Positions 44,021 to 52,971 of a stretch of DNA of 56,045 nucleotides are shown here, piece by piece. Under the pieces are notes generated by a model, which saw nothing but the letters and a program-made list of their open reading frames with translations, was not told the origin of the DNA and searched no databases. The position numbers and the translations under genes were made by a program. Origin of the DNA: a virus. Lineage: Duplodnaviria > Caudoviricetes. How positions within the stretch are numbered: the first letter of the stretch is position 1; each line of letters starts with the position of its first letter. The DNA lies in IMG/VR virus record IMGVR_UViG_3300036790_000795, positions 1 through 56,045 of that record; one strand, 5' to 3'.

Positions 44021-44028
44021 CGCGCACC

Positions 44029-44126
44029 ACGATATGTCACAGACGATCCGACAGGCAAGTAGAACATTCGTCCAGAAGGCTCTTCTGGGAGAGAACTTGA
44101 CAGGCTGACGATTCGTCTGGTACGCT
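44029..44126. promoter_or_regulatory. cI/cro divergent promoters and operators
   Basis: Plus TTGACA(44097-102)-18-TACGCT; minus TTGCCT(44053-58)-18-TATCGT; related 15-mers CAGACGATCCGACAG (44040-54) and CAGACGAATCGTCAG (minus 44105-19); dyad CCAGAAG-3-CTTCTGG (44072-88). Confidence 0.75.
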
Positions 44127-44133
44127 GTGCGGC

Positions 44134-44370
44134 ATGCAGCAAACACCAGGGATCGGAGCACGCATCACAGAGGCCCGCGAGGCAGCCGGTCTGACCAGGA
44201 CGCAGCTCGGTGCGAAGGCTGGCTACGCCGCAGCCACGATCGAAGCGTGGGAGAAGGACCGTCGCTACCCGACACTTGGGCCACTCCGTGCCCTGGCTCG
44301 CATCCTCGGCCGCGACATTTCGTGGTTCTACGAGCCGCTCAACCCTGCGGGCGACGAGGAAGCAGCCTGA
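44134..44370 (+). CDS. Cro-like XRE HTH regulator
   Basis: IGARITEAREAAGLTRTQLG...TIEAWEKDRRYP. Confidence 0.88.
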   Translation: MQQTPGIGARITEAREAAGLTRTQLGAKAGYAAATIEAWEKDRRYPTLGPLRALARILGRDISWFYEPLNPAGDEEAA

Positions 44371-44371
44371 G

Positions 44372-44653
44372 ATGCGCGCGATCTGGAAGTTTCATCTGCC
44401 GCACCACGGCGAGGCTGAGATCGCGATGCCACCCGGTGCCGAGGTTCTGGGCGTCGGCGTCCAGCGTGGTGGTCGGATCGTGGCGTGGGCTTCTGTCGAT
44501 ACTGGCTCAGTAGGCAGGCCCGAGCAGCTCACCTTCGTCGTGAGGATGACCGGCGAATCGTTCGAGCCCGTCGAGGGCGAGCGTTTCGTCGGCACGTTTC
44601 AGCTCGACGATGGGGACTACGTGGGGCACGTCTTCGTTCGAGGCGGTCGCTGA
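44372..44653 (+). CDS. conserved phage hypothetical protein
   Basis: IWKF.L...I.MP.GA.VL...Q..TG..F..VGT.Q...VGHVF family motif. Confidence 0.75.
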   Translation: MRAIWKFHLPHHGEAEIAMPPGAEVLGVGVQRGGRIVAWASVDTGSVGRPEQLTFVVRMTGESFEPVEGERFVGTFQLDDGDYVGHVFVRGGR

Positions 44654-44826
44654 TGCGCGCCGAACTGATCGGGGGATTCATTGCGATCCTGGTCGTGATC
44701 GCACTCACCGTCGCCGGCCATGTGTCAGTCCCCCTCTGGATGGCGTGGCTGGCCGGCATCGGCACGGCTTGCATCGGGATGGCCGTAGGGGCACTCGTCC
44801 GTGATCTGTGGGAGCGGTGGTCGTGA
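44653..44826 (+). CDS. small membrane protein (2 TM)
   Basis: TGATG coupling, hydrophobic. Confidence 0.6.
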   Translation: MRAELIGGFIAILVVIALTVAGHVSVPLWMAWLAGIGTACIGMAVGALVRDLWERWS

Positions 44827-45104
44827 TGGCTGCACGTGCCCTGACAGAGCCTCAGTACCGGGCGCTCGCGACCATCGAAGCCGGAAGGGTGCGCTGGTGG
44901 GGGGCGACACATTTTGTCGCGGTCGTGGGGCGAGGCCCACGCTCCGATGTGGTCCAGCGACTCATCAACATGGGCTATGTCGTCGCCCGCAAGACGCTCC
45001 GCGAAACCGGCGTCTTCGGGGACGGTCACGACCGCATCCTCGCGACCACCGATGTCGGCAAGCGGGCTCTCTCTGAGTACGAGGCGAAGGAGGTGAGCCG
45101 GTGA
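44826..45104 (+). CDS. hypothetical wHTH-like protein
   Basis: LTEPQYRAL..VVQRLINMGYV..TDVG. Confidence 0.6.
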   Translation: MAARALTEPQYRALATIEAGRVRWWGATHFVAVVGRGPRSDVVQRLINMGYVVARKTLRETGVFGDGHDRILATTDVGKRALSEYEAKEVSR

Positions 45105-45289
45105 GCGTGTTTTCCATCGATCTGAACGCGGCATCGCGCGAAGCGCTGGAAGCAACGCGTCACGCGCTGTCGAAAGCGTTGAGCGCTCCTACGGCCCGTG
45201 AGTCTGCGGACTGGTCACTCATGGCGAAGAACTCGGCGAGCGCGCTGCATTCGCTGCTCGGCGCGTCGAACACTGCGAGGCGCTCGTGA
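45101..45289 (+). CDS. hypothetical protein
   Basis: RBS AAGGAGG, GTGA coupling. Confidence 0.55.
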   Translation: MSVFSIDLNAASREALEATRHALSKALSAPTARESADWSLMAKNSASALHSLLGASNTARRS

Positions 45290-45395
45290 GCCCGCTCGTC
45301 TTCTGGATTGTCTTCGGCGTCGGTGTATTGGGGTTTCTCAACCTGCTGCTGCTGATCGTCCTGGTGCTCGCTCACTGGCATGACGGAGATGAGCA

Positions 45396-46061
45396 GTGAG
45401 TCGCCTCACGGACATGGAGGACAGGCACGACTGCTCGCCGGGCGAGCGTGAAGAGGACATTTTCGAGGAGCCCACTGTCCCGAATCCTGGGAGCCCCGAG
45501 GTGCAGGAGGTTGCGCGGGAGACGGCGAGCCTCGTCGAGCAGGCCCAGGCGATCGAGGTTCGTACCCTCGATGAGGCGCAGAAGGCAACGGGCCTCCTGT
45601 CGCAGATCGCCACGGCGAAGCGCAGGTCGGAGATCAACGGGCACTTCAAGCAGTTCGCCGAGCCGCTCGCAGAGGCAGACACGCTCGTCCGCGGCAAGGT
45701 GCTCGCCTACGAGCGAGAGTCCCGCGAAGCTGAGCTCGCGGCGAAGTCAGCGCCCGTGACGGTCGCCTCCGCCACAGCAGCGCTCGCCTCTTGCGAGCTC
45801 ACTGACATGGAGGATCGGCACGACTGCTCTCCTGGCGAGCGTGAAGAGAACATCTTCGAGGAGCCCACCGCCCCGAATCCTGGGAGCCCAGAGGCGGTCG
45901 AGCAGGGCTGTAGCTGTCCCGTCTTGGACAACGCGCATGGCGCGGGGATCGGCAACGGCAGCTTCGTGTTCGCCGCTGGCTGCCCGTTGCACAGGGCGGA
46001 GATCGAGCGCGTCACGGAGTCACGCCGCAAGCGGGAGCGAGAACTCGGAGAAGCGGCATGA
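45396..46061 (+). CDS. mosaic protein with an internal 32-aa duplication
   Basis: LTDMEDRHDCSPGEREE..PNPGSPE twice; C-terminal GCSCPVLDN..CPLH. Confidence 0.65.
   Translation: MSRLTDMEDRHDCSPGEREEDIFEEPTVPNPGSPEVQEVARETASLVEQAQAIEVRTLDEAQKATGLLSQIATAKRRSEINGHFKQFAEPLAEADTLVRGKVLAYERESREAELAAKSAPVTVASATAALASCELTDMEDRHDCSPGEREENIFEEPTAPNPGSPEAVEQGCSCPVLDNAHGAGIGNGSFVFAAGCPLHRAEIERVTESRRKRERELGEAA
45405..45893 (+). repeat. 96-bp imperfect direct repeat (45405-45500 and 45798-45893)
   Basis: 10 mismatches by manual alignment, 8 of them synonymous. Confidence 0.9.
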
Positions 46062-46149
46062 GCGTCTGTCGCGTGCTTCGCGAATCCCTTGCTGGCTGGC
46101 GCGAGGCTGCCAAGGATCGCGAACGCGGCGTGCGCACGAGGGCTGCGGC

Positions 46150-46524
46150 GTGACACGCGAGGAGAAGATCACGAAGGCGCGAGAGATGCACGCGGCGGGC
46201 ACCACATACGCTGCGATCGCTGCGGCACTTGGGGTGGCAGTCTCAACGGCGTGGACGTGGTGCAATCCGCCGCGGGTTTGCGGGACCTGCGGAGGTCCGA
46301 TGGGCGTCGGCGTCCCGGCTGACGGCACTTGCCTCGCGTGCCGAGTCGCGGTGAAGGAGGCAGTTTGGCGTGAGCTTCAATCCTTGTGGGCTGAGGGTCG
46401 GTCGATGCCGGAAATCCGCGCCGCGTTCGGATGGACCCATGGTCATCTCTCGGTCGAGATGACGCGGATGCGCGCCGCCGGTTGGGATCTCCCCCATCGA
46501 TACAAGCTGGGGGCCACGGCATGA
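46150..46524 (+). CDS. HTH - Zn finger - HTH protein
   Basis: GTTYAAIAAALGVAVSTAW, CGTC..CLAC, GRSMPEIRAAFGW. Confidence 0.7.
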   Translation: MTREEKITKAREMHAAGTTYAAIAAALGVAVSTAWTWCNPPRVCGTCGGPMGVGVPADGTCLACRVAVKEAVWRELQSLWAEGRSMPEIRAAFGWTHGHLSVEMTRMRAAGWDLPHRYKLGATA

Positions 46525-46712
46525 AGCTCCCTGCTCGTGGCCAAGAGGCCAGTGTGCGCGAGTACCTGTATCCGCGTCGTCGTCCCGCGCTGACGCTCGT
46601 GATGGCTGGCGCTGCTGGATTCACCCCTTCATACAAGTGCGGCCCGGACTTGTCCTCCGGGCCGCAGCACCCACGAACGGTCGAAAGGGGACCGCATCAT
46701 GGACGGCAGTAA
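46521..46712 (+). CDS. hypothetical protein
   Basis: ATGA coupling. Confidence 0.4.
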   Translation: MKLPARGQEASVREYLYPRRRPALTLVMAGAAGFTPSYKCGPDLSSGPQHPRTVERGPHHGRQ

Positions 46713-47097
46713 GCCTATCCGCACCACCAGCGGAGGCACGATCACAGTCGAAGGCGACCAGGGACGCATCTTCCTTGAGGTCATCGGGGATGGCGAGCTG
46801 ACGGTCGACGAGGCGTACAAAGTCGCGGCGATGATCGCCGGTCGAGCGCTCCTCGTCGAGAACGAGCCGCCTTGTCACTGCGGGCACTGCGGTGACGGGC
46901 GGCACTCGGCTGACTGTGCGTTGCACAACGATTTCGCTTTTGGCCCTTGCGACTGCAAGCCCTCCGCTGAGGTGCAGTTGCAGGAGGATGTAGCCCAGTC
47001 GAATGCGCAGGCGTCGATCGTTGCCTCCGGGCTGATCGACGAGCACGGCGCTATGACAGCGAAGGCGTTCGGCGTGGTGGACGGGGTGCGGTCGTGA
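46699..47097 (+). CDS. hypothetical protein with Cys/His cluster
   Basis: HSADCALHN...GPCDC. Confidence 0.6.
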   Translation: MDGSKPIRTTSGGTITVEGDQGRIFLEVIGDGELTVDEAYKVAAMIAGRALLVENEPPCHCGHCGDGRHSADCALHNDFAFGPCDCKPSAEVQLQEDVAQSNAQASIVASGLIDEHGAMTAKAFGVVDGVRS

Positions 47098-47897
47098 GCA
47101 CCGCGCCCTTCGATTCGCTGCGAGAGGCAGCGGTCGACCTGCGTCGTCCGTTCGATGCGCTCGCGATCAAGTGGAAGGTGCAGTCGACCTGGCCGAAAGA
47201 CAAGACAGGCGTCACGAAGCCCGAAGGTGGCCAGGTCGTCTGCTACATCGATCGTGGCCTCGTCATCGACAGGCTGAACCTGCTCGTCCCGCACCTGTGG
47301 TCCCCCGTATTCGAGGAGCGGGAACGCAACCACATGCTTTGCCGGCTAACGATCGATGGCATTACTCGTGAGGATGTGGGGGAGGGCGCGACGTTGAAGG
47401 CGCGCTACTCGGACAGCTTGAAGCGCGCCGCAGTGCATTTCGGTGTCGGCGTGTCTCTAAGTCGTGTCCCTGCATCGCGAATGAAAATCGAGGATGGTGG
47501 GCTGCGCGTCTTCGGGAGCGAGGGCAAATGGGGTGTTGACTTCACACAGCAAGGATTGGATTATCTCCGCCGCCGCTACGAGACGTGGCTGACCGAGCGC
47601 GGCAAGGATGCGTTCGGCGACCCGCTCTCTCACGGCGATGACGGTGATGCGCAGGGCGACGATGAGACTCCCGACAGCCTGATCCTCGATGACCAGGGCG
47701 CGATCGACATGCTCGTCGTGCTCTCCGAGACAGGGCTCACATTGCGCCAGCAGGTCGCGTTGCTTGCCCACACAGGCGTGCAGATCCTGCCGACTGCGGA
47801 CGCCCAGGAAGTCGCGAAGGCGGTCAGCACACTTACCCAGGATCAGGCTGAGAAGCTTGACGAGCTGATCGCCCAGCGCGCAGGAGGCTCACGATGA
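47094..47897 (+). CDS. Rad52/Rad22-like (Sak-type) single-strand annealing protein
   Basis: LRRPF...IKWK, YID...IDRLN, CRLTI...REDVG, KARYSDSLKRAAVHFGVG. Confidence 0.85.
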   Translation: MSTAPFDSLREAAVDLRRPFDALAIKWKVQSTWPKDKTGVTKPEGGQVVCYIDRGLVIDRLNLLVPHLWSPVFEERERNHMLCRLTIDGITREDVGEGATLKARYSDSLKRAAVHFGVGVSLSRVPASRMKIEDGGLRVFGSEGKWGVDFTQQGLDYLRRRYETWLTERGKDAFGDPLSHGDDGDAQGDDETPDSLILDDQGAIDMLVVLSETGLTLRQQVALLAHTGVQILPTADAQEVAKAVSTLTQDQAEKLDELIAQRAGGSR

Positions 47898-48382
47898 CTG
47901 AGGATCTCGCACGCCTCGTCATTCACCCCGCAACCGGGGAGCTACTTGACCTCGATCAAGCCTCGACTGACCAGCTTGGACACTGGCTGCTCGACGCACG
48001 CGAGCTTGACCAGCGTGTCCGTGAGGAGAAGCGCGCGGTCACCCAGGAGATCCTCGCCCGCATGGACCGCGAGGCACGCCACACCTTTCACGGCAGCGAC
48101 CTCGAGCTGAAAGGTGACGGGCCGAAAATCCCGACCGAGTACGACGCAACACCACTCAGGGCAGAGCTACAGGAATTCGTGGACGGCCAGGTCATCAGTC
48201 CCGAGGCGCTCGACCGCGCAATCGAGGTCCAAGAGGTGCTCAAGCCGCGCGCGGAAGGACTCAACGCGCTACGCGCCCTCGGCGGTCCGATCGCCGAGTG
48301 CGTGGAGCGCCACGCTCACCCGAAGGAGCGCCATGAGCGCAAGGTCAGCGTGAAACTCAGGTCAGGGGCAGCACGGCCATGA
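47894..48382 (+). CDS. hypothetical protein (recombination module)
   Basis: VIHPATGELL motif; RBS GGAGG. Confidence 0.7.
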   Translation: MTEDLARLVIHPATGELLDLDQASTDQLGHWLLDARELDQRVREEKRAVTQEILARMDREARHTFHGSDLELKGDGPKIPTEYDATPLRAELQEFVDGQVISPEALDRAIEVQEVLKPRAEGLNALRALGGPIAECVERHAHPKERHERKVSVKLRSGAARP

Positions 48383-48609
48383 GCATCTGCATCGACTGTC
48401 CGAAAGAGGTCAAATCGGGTTCGCTGCGGTGCGATGCGTGCCATCACGCTCGTCTTGCTGAGGCGCGCAAGCTCGCGAAACAGCGCGCCCTTGAGCGGAA
48501 GAAGCGCACCGAACACCTGAAAGCAGCACGGGCTCAGTACGACGACACACTCCAAGCACGTCTGCGGACTGAGGCACGGCAGCGGATGAGCAGGAGGGCG
48601 GCGGCGTGA
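48379..48609 (+). CDS. hypothetical Zn-binding protein
   Basis: CIDC..CDAC. Confidence 0.6.
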   Translation: MSICIDCPKEVKSGSLRCDACHHARLAEARKLAKQRALERKKRTEHLKAARAQYDDTLQARLRTEARQRMSRRAAA

Positions 48610-48866
48610 GCCCTGAGAAGACACTCGCGATCATCGATAAGCCCGTGTACGGCGTCGGTGATCGGGGCCGCGTCGCCCTGCACTTCTCCGTCTACGTGAC
48701 GGAGTCCAGCGCAGCACTTCAGGTCTTTGAAGACTCCGCGGCCATCGCGGAGATCCTGACCGCTTACGGCGTCCGGGATGTGAAGGATCTGCACGGCAAG
48801 CCGTGCTGGGTCGATACCTCGAAACCCGGCCTCATCGCGTGGGCCGGGCCGTGGAAGAAGCGATGA
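48606..48866 (+). CDS. hypothetical protein
   Basis: GV..V.DL.GKPC motif. Confidence 0.65.
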   Translation: MSPEKTLAIIDKPVYGVGDRGRVALHFSVYVTESSAALQVFEDSAAIAEILTAYGVRDVKDLHGKPCWVDTSKPGLIAWAGPWKKR

Positions 48867-49069
48867 GCGTCGAGAGCAACAGCGTGCGTACCCGCGAGGT
48901 CCGCATCGATCTGACACGGGAGCCGCCCGTCGTCTACTTCGACGGGGAGCCGACCGCGTGTGTGCTCGACGTGTCCTCCGGCACGCGGTTCTTCATGAAG
49001 CAGGACTGCGGCTCGAAGCCTGGGCGTCTTGGCCGGTTTGAGGGCTACCCGCAGGAGATGCCGACGTGA
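48863..49069 (+). CDS. hypothetical protein
   Basis: ATGA/GTGA coupling. Confidence 0.55.
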   Translation: MSVESNSVRTREVRIDLTREPPVVYFDGEPTACVLDVSSGTRFFMKQDCGSKPGRLGRFEGYPQEMPT

Positions 49070-49395
49070 GCGGCCATCGTCTCAAGCGAAGGATGCTCGG
49101 CCGTCTCCGCTGGGCGATTGGCCAACGGATTGGCCGTCGCTGTAAGCCCCGCTCCTTGGCGGCTCGCGCGCGGCTTTTCTGGCACGACTTCGTGATCCAT
49201 GTGCTCTTCGAGGGTGGCGAGCGCTGCCAGGACTGCGGGAGGGACTACGTGCTCTGGGAGGCGCCGACCTCTCTGTATGTTGAGGTTCACGGCTCTCCTT
49301 GGGGGCTTCTCTGCCCGGGATGCTTCGACAGGCAGGCGCGCGAAAAGGGCATCGCCGTCGAGTTCGTCGCGCGGGAGATACCGGTGCGCGGATGA
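49066..49395 (+). CDS. hypothetical Zn-binding protein
   Basis: CQDCG..W.AP..L..LLCPGCF. Confidence 0.65.
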   Translation: MSGHRLKRRMLGRLRWAIGQRIGRRCKPRSLAARARLFWHDFVIHVLFEGGERCQDCGRDYVLWEAPTSLYVEVHGSPWGLLCPGCFDRQAREKGIAVEFVAREIPVRG

Positions 49396-49901
49396 AGGCC
49401 GTCCTCTCAGACGACGGGGTTTACCGCTATGCGCTTTGGCGCGAGACGGGCATCATCGGTGGTGAAGGGACCGTGTTGTTCGTGATGCTCAACCCGTCCA
49501 CGGCGGACGCCGAGCAGGACGATCCGACGATCCGGCGGTGCATCGGCTTCGCCCGACGGTGGGGCTACGAACGCCTGGCGGTGGGGAACCTCTACGCGCT
49601 GCGCTCAACAGACCCGAAGGCGCTCGCACTCGCCGAGGACGCGATCGGTCCGGAAAACGACCGCTGGCTCTGTCATCTCGCCGAGCACGCATGGGAGGTC
49701 GTGCTGGCGTGGGGCGCTCACCCATTCGCCACCGATCGGGCGCGAGATGTGCGCCAGCTCGTCGAGGGACGGTCTGGAGGCTCCGCGAATTGCCTCGGCC
49801 AGACGAAGAACCTCTCGCCGAAGCACCCGCTCTACCTGCCTAAGAGTGCGGTGAGGGTGCCGTTCCAACGGTATGGGGAGATGCCGGCGGTGAGGTCGTG
49901 A
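49392..49901 (+). CDS. DUF1643 family protein
   Basis: YRYALWR, FVMLNPSTAD..DDPTIRRC, NLYA.R.T.P, AWG, PKHPLY. Confidence 0.88.
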   Translation: MKAVLSDDGVYRYALWRETGIIGGEGTVLFVMLNPSTADAEQDDPTIRRCIGFARRWGYERLAVGNLYALRSTDPKALALAEDAIGPENDRWLCHLAEHAWEVVLAWGAHPFATDRARDVRQLVEGRSGGSANCLGQTKNLSPKHPLYLPKSAVRVPFQRYGEMPAVRS

Positions 49902-50398
49902 ACGCCCAGCGCGCAAGCGAACAGCGCGTGGCGCTCGGCGCGGTCAGGCGAGAGGAACGCCGCGACCGGCGAGCGCAGGAGAAACGCAAGCGTCTTGAGC
50001 GCGCGTCGCGAGCACGGAGCGCGCCGACGCCGTATGCGCCCGCGATCCCATCGGGGGTCTGCTGGTTCTCTGAGCATGTCCCCGATGCCGGACCGTGCAG
50101 CGGTGGACTCGTGCGGTGCCATCTGATCGACCAAGCCCTGCTCGCGAGGGAGTTCCGGCACGGCTTCGACGGCAGATCCAGCGCTGTGCTGCAGGCCGAC
50201 TCTCGCGGCTGGGTATGGGGCTGTGGTGGTAACACTGGCCTGGAAGGTCACCACGGGCGTCTGGACTTTGCGGCTCACGACTCGACGCGGCTGCTCATCC
50301 CTCGCGCGCTTCTGCCGGAAGGCGCCGAGGCGATGGCCGAGGAACTCGGGCTGCTCTGGTGGCTGTCGCGCACATACGGGGAAGCGCCATGTCTCTGA
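49898..50398 (+). CDS. hypothetical protein (HNH-like Cys/His)
   Basis: C..RCHLI..CGG..HHG.LD. Confidence 0.55.
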   Translation: MNAQRASEQRVALGAVRREERRDRRAQEKRKRLERASRARSAPTPYAPAIPSGVCWFSEHVPDAGPCSGGLVRCHLIDQALLAREFRHGFDGRSSAVLQADSRGWVWGCGGNTGLEGHHGRLDFAAHDSTRLLIPRALLPEGAEAMAEELGLLWWLSRTYGEAPCL

Positions 50399-50919
50399 GC
50401 AGTGTGGTCATTACGAGCGCTGACGAACGTCGCTTTTGGGGCAAGGTAGAGCGTACCGGCGGTACCAACGGGTGCTGGACCTACAACGGCGCATGTAACC
50501 GTGGCGGCTACGGCCTCTTCTGGCTCGATGGTGGCCAGCGGCTCGCCCATCGAGTGAGCTTCCTCATTACTCACGGTCGCTGGTCCCAAAGCGAATGCCT
50601 GTTGCACTCCTGCGACAACCGTACCTGCGTCAACCCGGCCCATCTACGGGAAGGGACACTTGCCGAAAATGTCGCAGACGCCGTTTCCAAGGGGCGCCAC
50701 GCTCGCGGTCCTTCATTAGCTGCTGCGCAGGCTGCGACGCGCCCGCAAGGCGAGACGCATCACAGCGCCAAGCTAACTCGAGAGAGCGTCGTTGAGCTGC
50801 GCGCACTGGCAGCTTCGGCGGATCCTCCGACGATCTCGGATCTGGGTCGGCGCTTCGGCGTTACCCGTCGCACCGTTCGGGATGCGCTTGCGCGGATCAC
50901 ATGGCGAGAGGTGACCTGA
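50389..50919 (+). CDS. HNH endonuclease (HNH_3 type) with C-terminal HTH
   Basis: RFWGKV, CW, GYG, AHRVS, HSCDNRTCVNPAHL..GT..EN. Confidence 0.9.
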   Translation: MSLSSVVITSADERRFWGKVERTGGTNGCWTYNGACNRGGYGLFWLDGGQRLAHRVSFLITHGRWSQSECLLHSCDNRTCVNPAHLREGTLAENVADAVSKGRHARGPSLAAAQAATRPQGETHHSAKLTRESVVELRALAASADPPTISDLGRRFGVTRRTVRDALARITWREVT

Positions 50920-51293
50920 TGAGCGTCGTCCATCATCAGATCGCCGACGAGCTGCGCGAGGCCGGTGACGACGGCGTCGCCGAGACGGAGGTCGCGCTGA
51001 TAGCCGGCCGCTGGTGGGCAACTCGTCTCGAAGAGATGAGCGCTCACGGCTACACCGTTGCCCGCGAAAACGAGCATGTCTACCTGATTGCTGAGCGTGA
51101 CGTTGAGCGACGCTGCGAAACCGCGGGCCCACTCCTTCCCGCCGCACGACAGCCCGTCGAGACAGCGCATCCGCTGTCCTCGGGTGACTGCAAGGACTCA
51201 CCACCCTCGCAGTCGGGTGCCGCAGCGTCGCTGAACGCCACGCTCCCAATAGATGACCTTCGTCTTCCTACCGCGTACTCGGAGGACATGTAA
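50919..51293 (+). CDS. hypothetical protein
   Basis: TGATG coupling; wHTH-like RLEEMSAHGYTV. Confidence 0.55.
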   Translation: MSVVHHQIADELREAGDDGVAETEVALIAGRWWATRLEEMSAHGYTVARENEHVYLIAERDVERRCETAGPLLPAARQPVETAHPLSSGDCKDSPPSQSGAAASLNATLPIDDLRLPTAYSEDM

Positions 51294-51554
51294 GTGGCTC
51301 TCGGGGGATCGGGGAACGAGGCTCTGGTCGCTGGCGGCCCGGATAGCTACTGGTCTGATTCGCTGTCGCCGTCGCGTGGCCAGTGGCGCGACATCGCCCA
51401 GCTCGCTTGCGAGGTGCTCGGCATCCCGGTACCCACCACACGCCTGGAGGCAACGACAGCCCAGGTGAGGTTGCGCAGCGCTTTGCAGGACAGTGAGCTA
51501 CAGGGGGGGGGGTCCCGGCGCCGTGGTGACCCATCCGTGTCTGCTGGATCTTGA
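51294..51554 (+). CDS. hypothetical protein
   Basis: RBS GGAGG. Confidence 0.5.
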   Translation: MALGGSGNEALVAGGPDSYWSDSLSPSRGQWRDIAQLACEVLGIPVPTTRLEATTAQVRLRSALQDSELQGGGSRRRGDPSVSAGS

Positions 51555-51768
51555 CGCTGCCCGCGCCCGTCTCCGCCTGTCTGAGACCGAGGCGAGGGAG
51601 ATCGTCGAACACGAGGCCCTCCTGCTCGCCGACCGTCGCGAGCGCCGACGTGTGAAGGGCATCGGCAATCGCCGCCCGCGCTGCGGCAACTGCATGAGCT
51701 TCCTCAAGTCCGATCTCGCGACCTGCAAGGTCTGCGGGTTCATGCCCGGTCAAGGAATCGCGGCATGA
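51523..51768 (+). CDS. hypothetical Zn-ribbon protein
   Basis: CGNC..CKVCG. Confidence 0.55.
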   Translation: MVTHPCLLDLDAARARLRLSETEAREIVEHEALLLADRRERRRVKGIGNRRPRCGNCMSFLKSDLATCKVCGFMPGQGIAA

Positions 51769-52076
51769 CCGTCGCGGTTCACAAGCAGGCCGAGGCGCAA
51801 TTCGAAGCAGCGATCGTGCAGCTCGCGAAGCTCAACGGGTGGTTGACGTACCACACGTACGACTCTCAGCGCAGCTCACCTGGCTTCCCCGACCTCGTGC
51901 TCATCCGCGACAGGGTGCTGATCGTTGCCGAGTTGAAGTCCGAGAAAGGTCATCTCACGGGCTCACAGGTTGAGTGGATCGAGGCTTTCCAGGCCATCGA
52001 CTGCGAAGAGATCTTCGTGCGCGTATGGAGGCCCGCAGACTGGCCTGAGATCGAGCGCTTGCTCGGGAGGGGCTGA
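51765..52076 (+). CDS. VRR-NUC nuclease / Holliday junction resolvase
   Basis: EAQF, GFPDLVLIR, AELKSEKG, Q..W, VWRPADW. Confidence 0.88.
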   Translation: MTVAVHKQAEAQFEAAIVQLAKLNGWLTYHTYDSQRSSPGFPDLVLIRDRVLIVAELKSEKGHLTGSQVEWIEAFQAIDCEEIFVRVWRPADWPEIERLLGRG

Positions 52077-52078
52077 CG

Positions 52079-52707
52079 GTGCCGTGGGTGAGGATCGAGG
52101 ACAGCTTCCACGTCAACCCGAAGATCGTCGGCCTGTCGCTAGAGGCCGTCGGGCTCTACGCACTGGCGCTCAGCTACTGCGCCCAGCAGCTCACCGATGG
52201 ACACGTTCCTGGCGGCTGGGCGAAGACGCATGGAGGTTCGCGGGCGAAGCGCGTAATCAGCGAGCTACTGGAGCCGCGGCCACCGTCAATGCGGGCGCTC
52301 TGGGTCGCCGAGGGCCGCGACTACGTGATCCCCGACTACCTGGAGTTTCAGCCTGCGCGCGAGCAGGTTCTGCGCGAACGCAGCGAGATCTCCGCCAAGC
52401 GCGCGGAGGCAGGCCGACGCGGTGCGCAAGCACGCTGGGGCAAAGACAACCGCATAGCAACTCACTAGCAAACCCAATGGCAACCCACATGGCAAACACA
52501 CAGCAAACATCTGGCAAAGCTATGGCCCCGTACCCGAAACCCGTTCCCATACCTCTCATCAACACGAATGTGGCCGTTGATCCCCCAACGACGGCTGGGT
52601 CTCATTCCTCCACAAACGCTGGTGGTCGCGAGCCCGTTGCGCTGCGAGGACGCTCCACGGCCACCCTGGCAATAGATCTTCATCAACGAGAGAAAGGCAA
52701 CAGATGA
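52079..52707 (+). pseudogene. replication initiator-like gene interrupted by a frameshift near 52466
   Basis: MPWVRIEDSF..NPKI..TDGHVP..DYLEFQP N-terminal domain stops at 52468; the PYPKPVPIP linker continues in the -1 frame to 52707. Confidence 0.6.
52454..52521 (+). repeat. ~12-bp tandem repeats, candidate replication-origin iterons
   Basis: ATAGCAACTCAC / TAGCAAACCCA / ATGGCAACCCAC / ATGGCAAACACA plus degenerate GCAAA copies. Confidence 0.6.
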
Positions 52708-52970
52708 CCGAGACAGCAGCAGCCGAGACCCCGAAGGCGAAGGCTGCCTCCGAGGCGAAGCGCTCGAAGGACCCGAGCTACCTCATCTTCCAGCGTCAGG
52801 TTGATGGGGCTTGGATGCAGCTCACCAAGGAGCCGGTGAAGGCGTCGAGTCGCAAGGCAGCCGTGCTCGCCGCCACGAAGGACGAAGGCGAGTTCTGGGT
52901 GATTCCGGCTGAGCAGTTCCGGCCGGTGAAGCGCCAGGTGCGCCAGGTGACGGTGGACGAGTTCGCTTGA
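52704..52970 (+). CDS. hypothetical protein
   Basis: RBS AAAGG. Confidence 0.65.
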   Translation: MTETAAAETPKAKAASEAKRSKDPSYLIFQRQVDGAWMQLTKEPVKASSRKAAVLAATKDEGEFWVIPAEQFRPVKRQVRQVTVDEFA

Positions 52971-52971
52971 G

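Noticed and set aside
45405-45893. 96-bp repeat pair as the TR/VR of a diversity-generating retroelement
   Set aside because: Mismatches are mostly synonymous and not adenine-specific, and I found no reverse transcriptase ORF in the window
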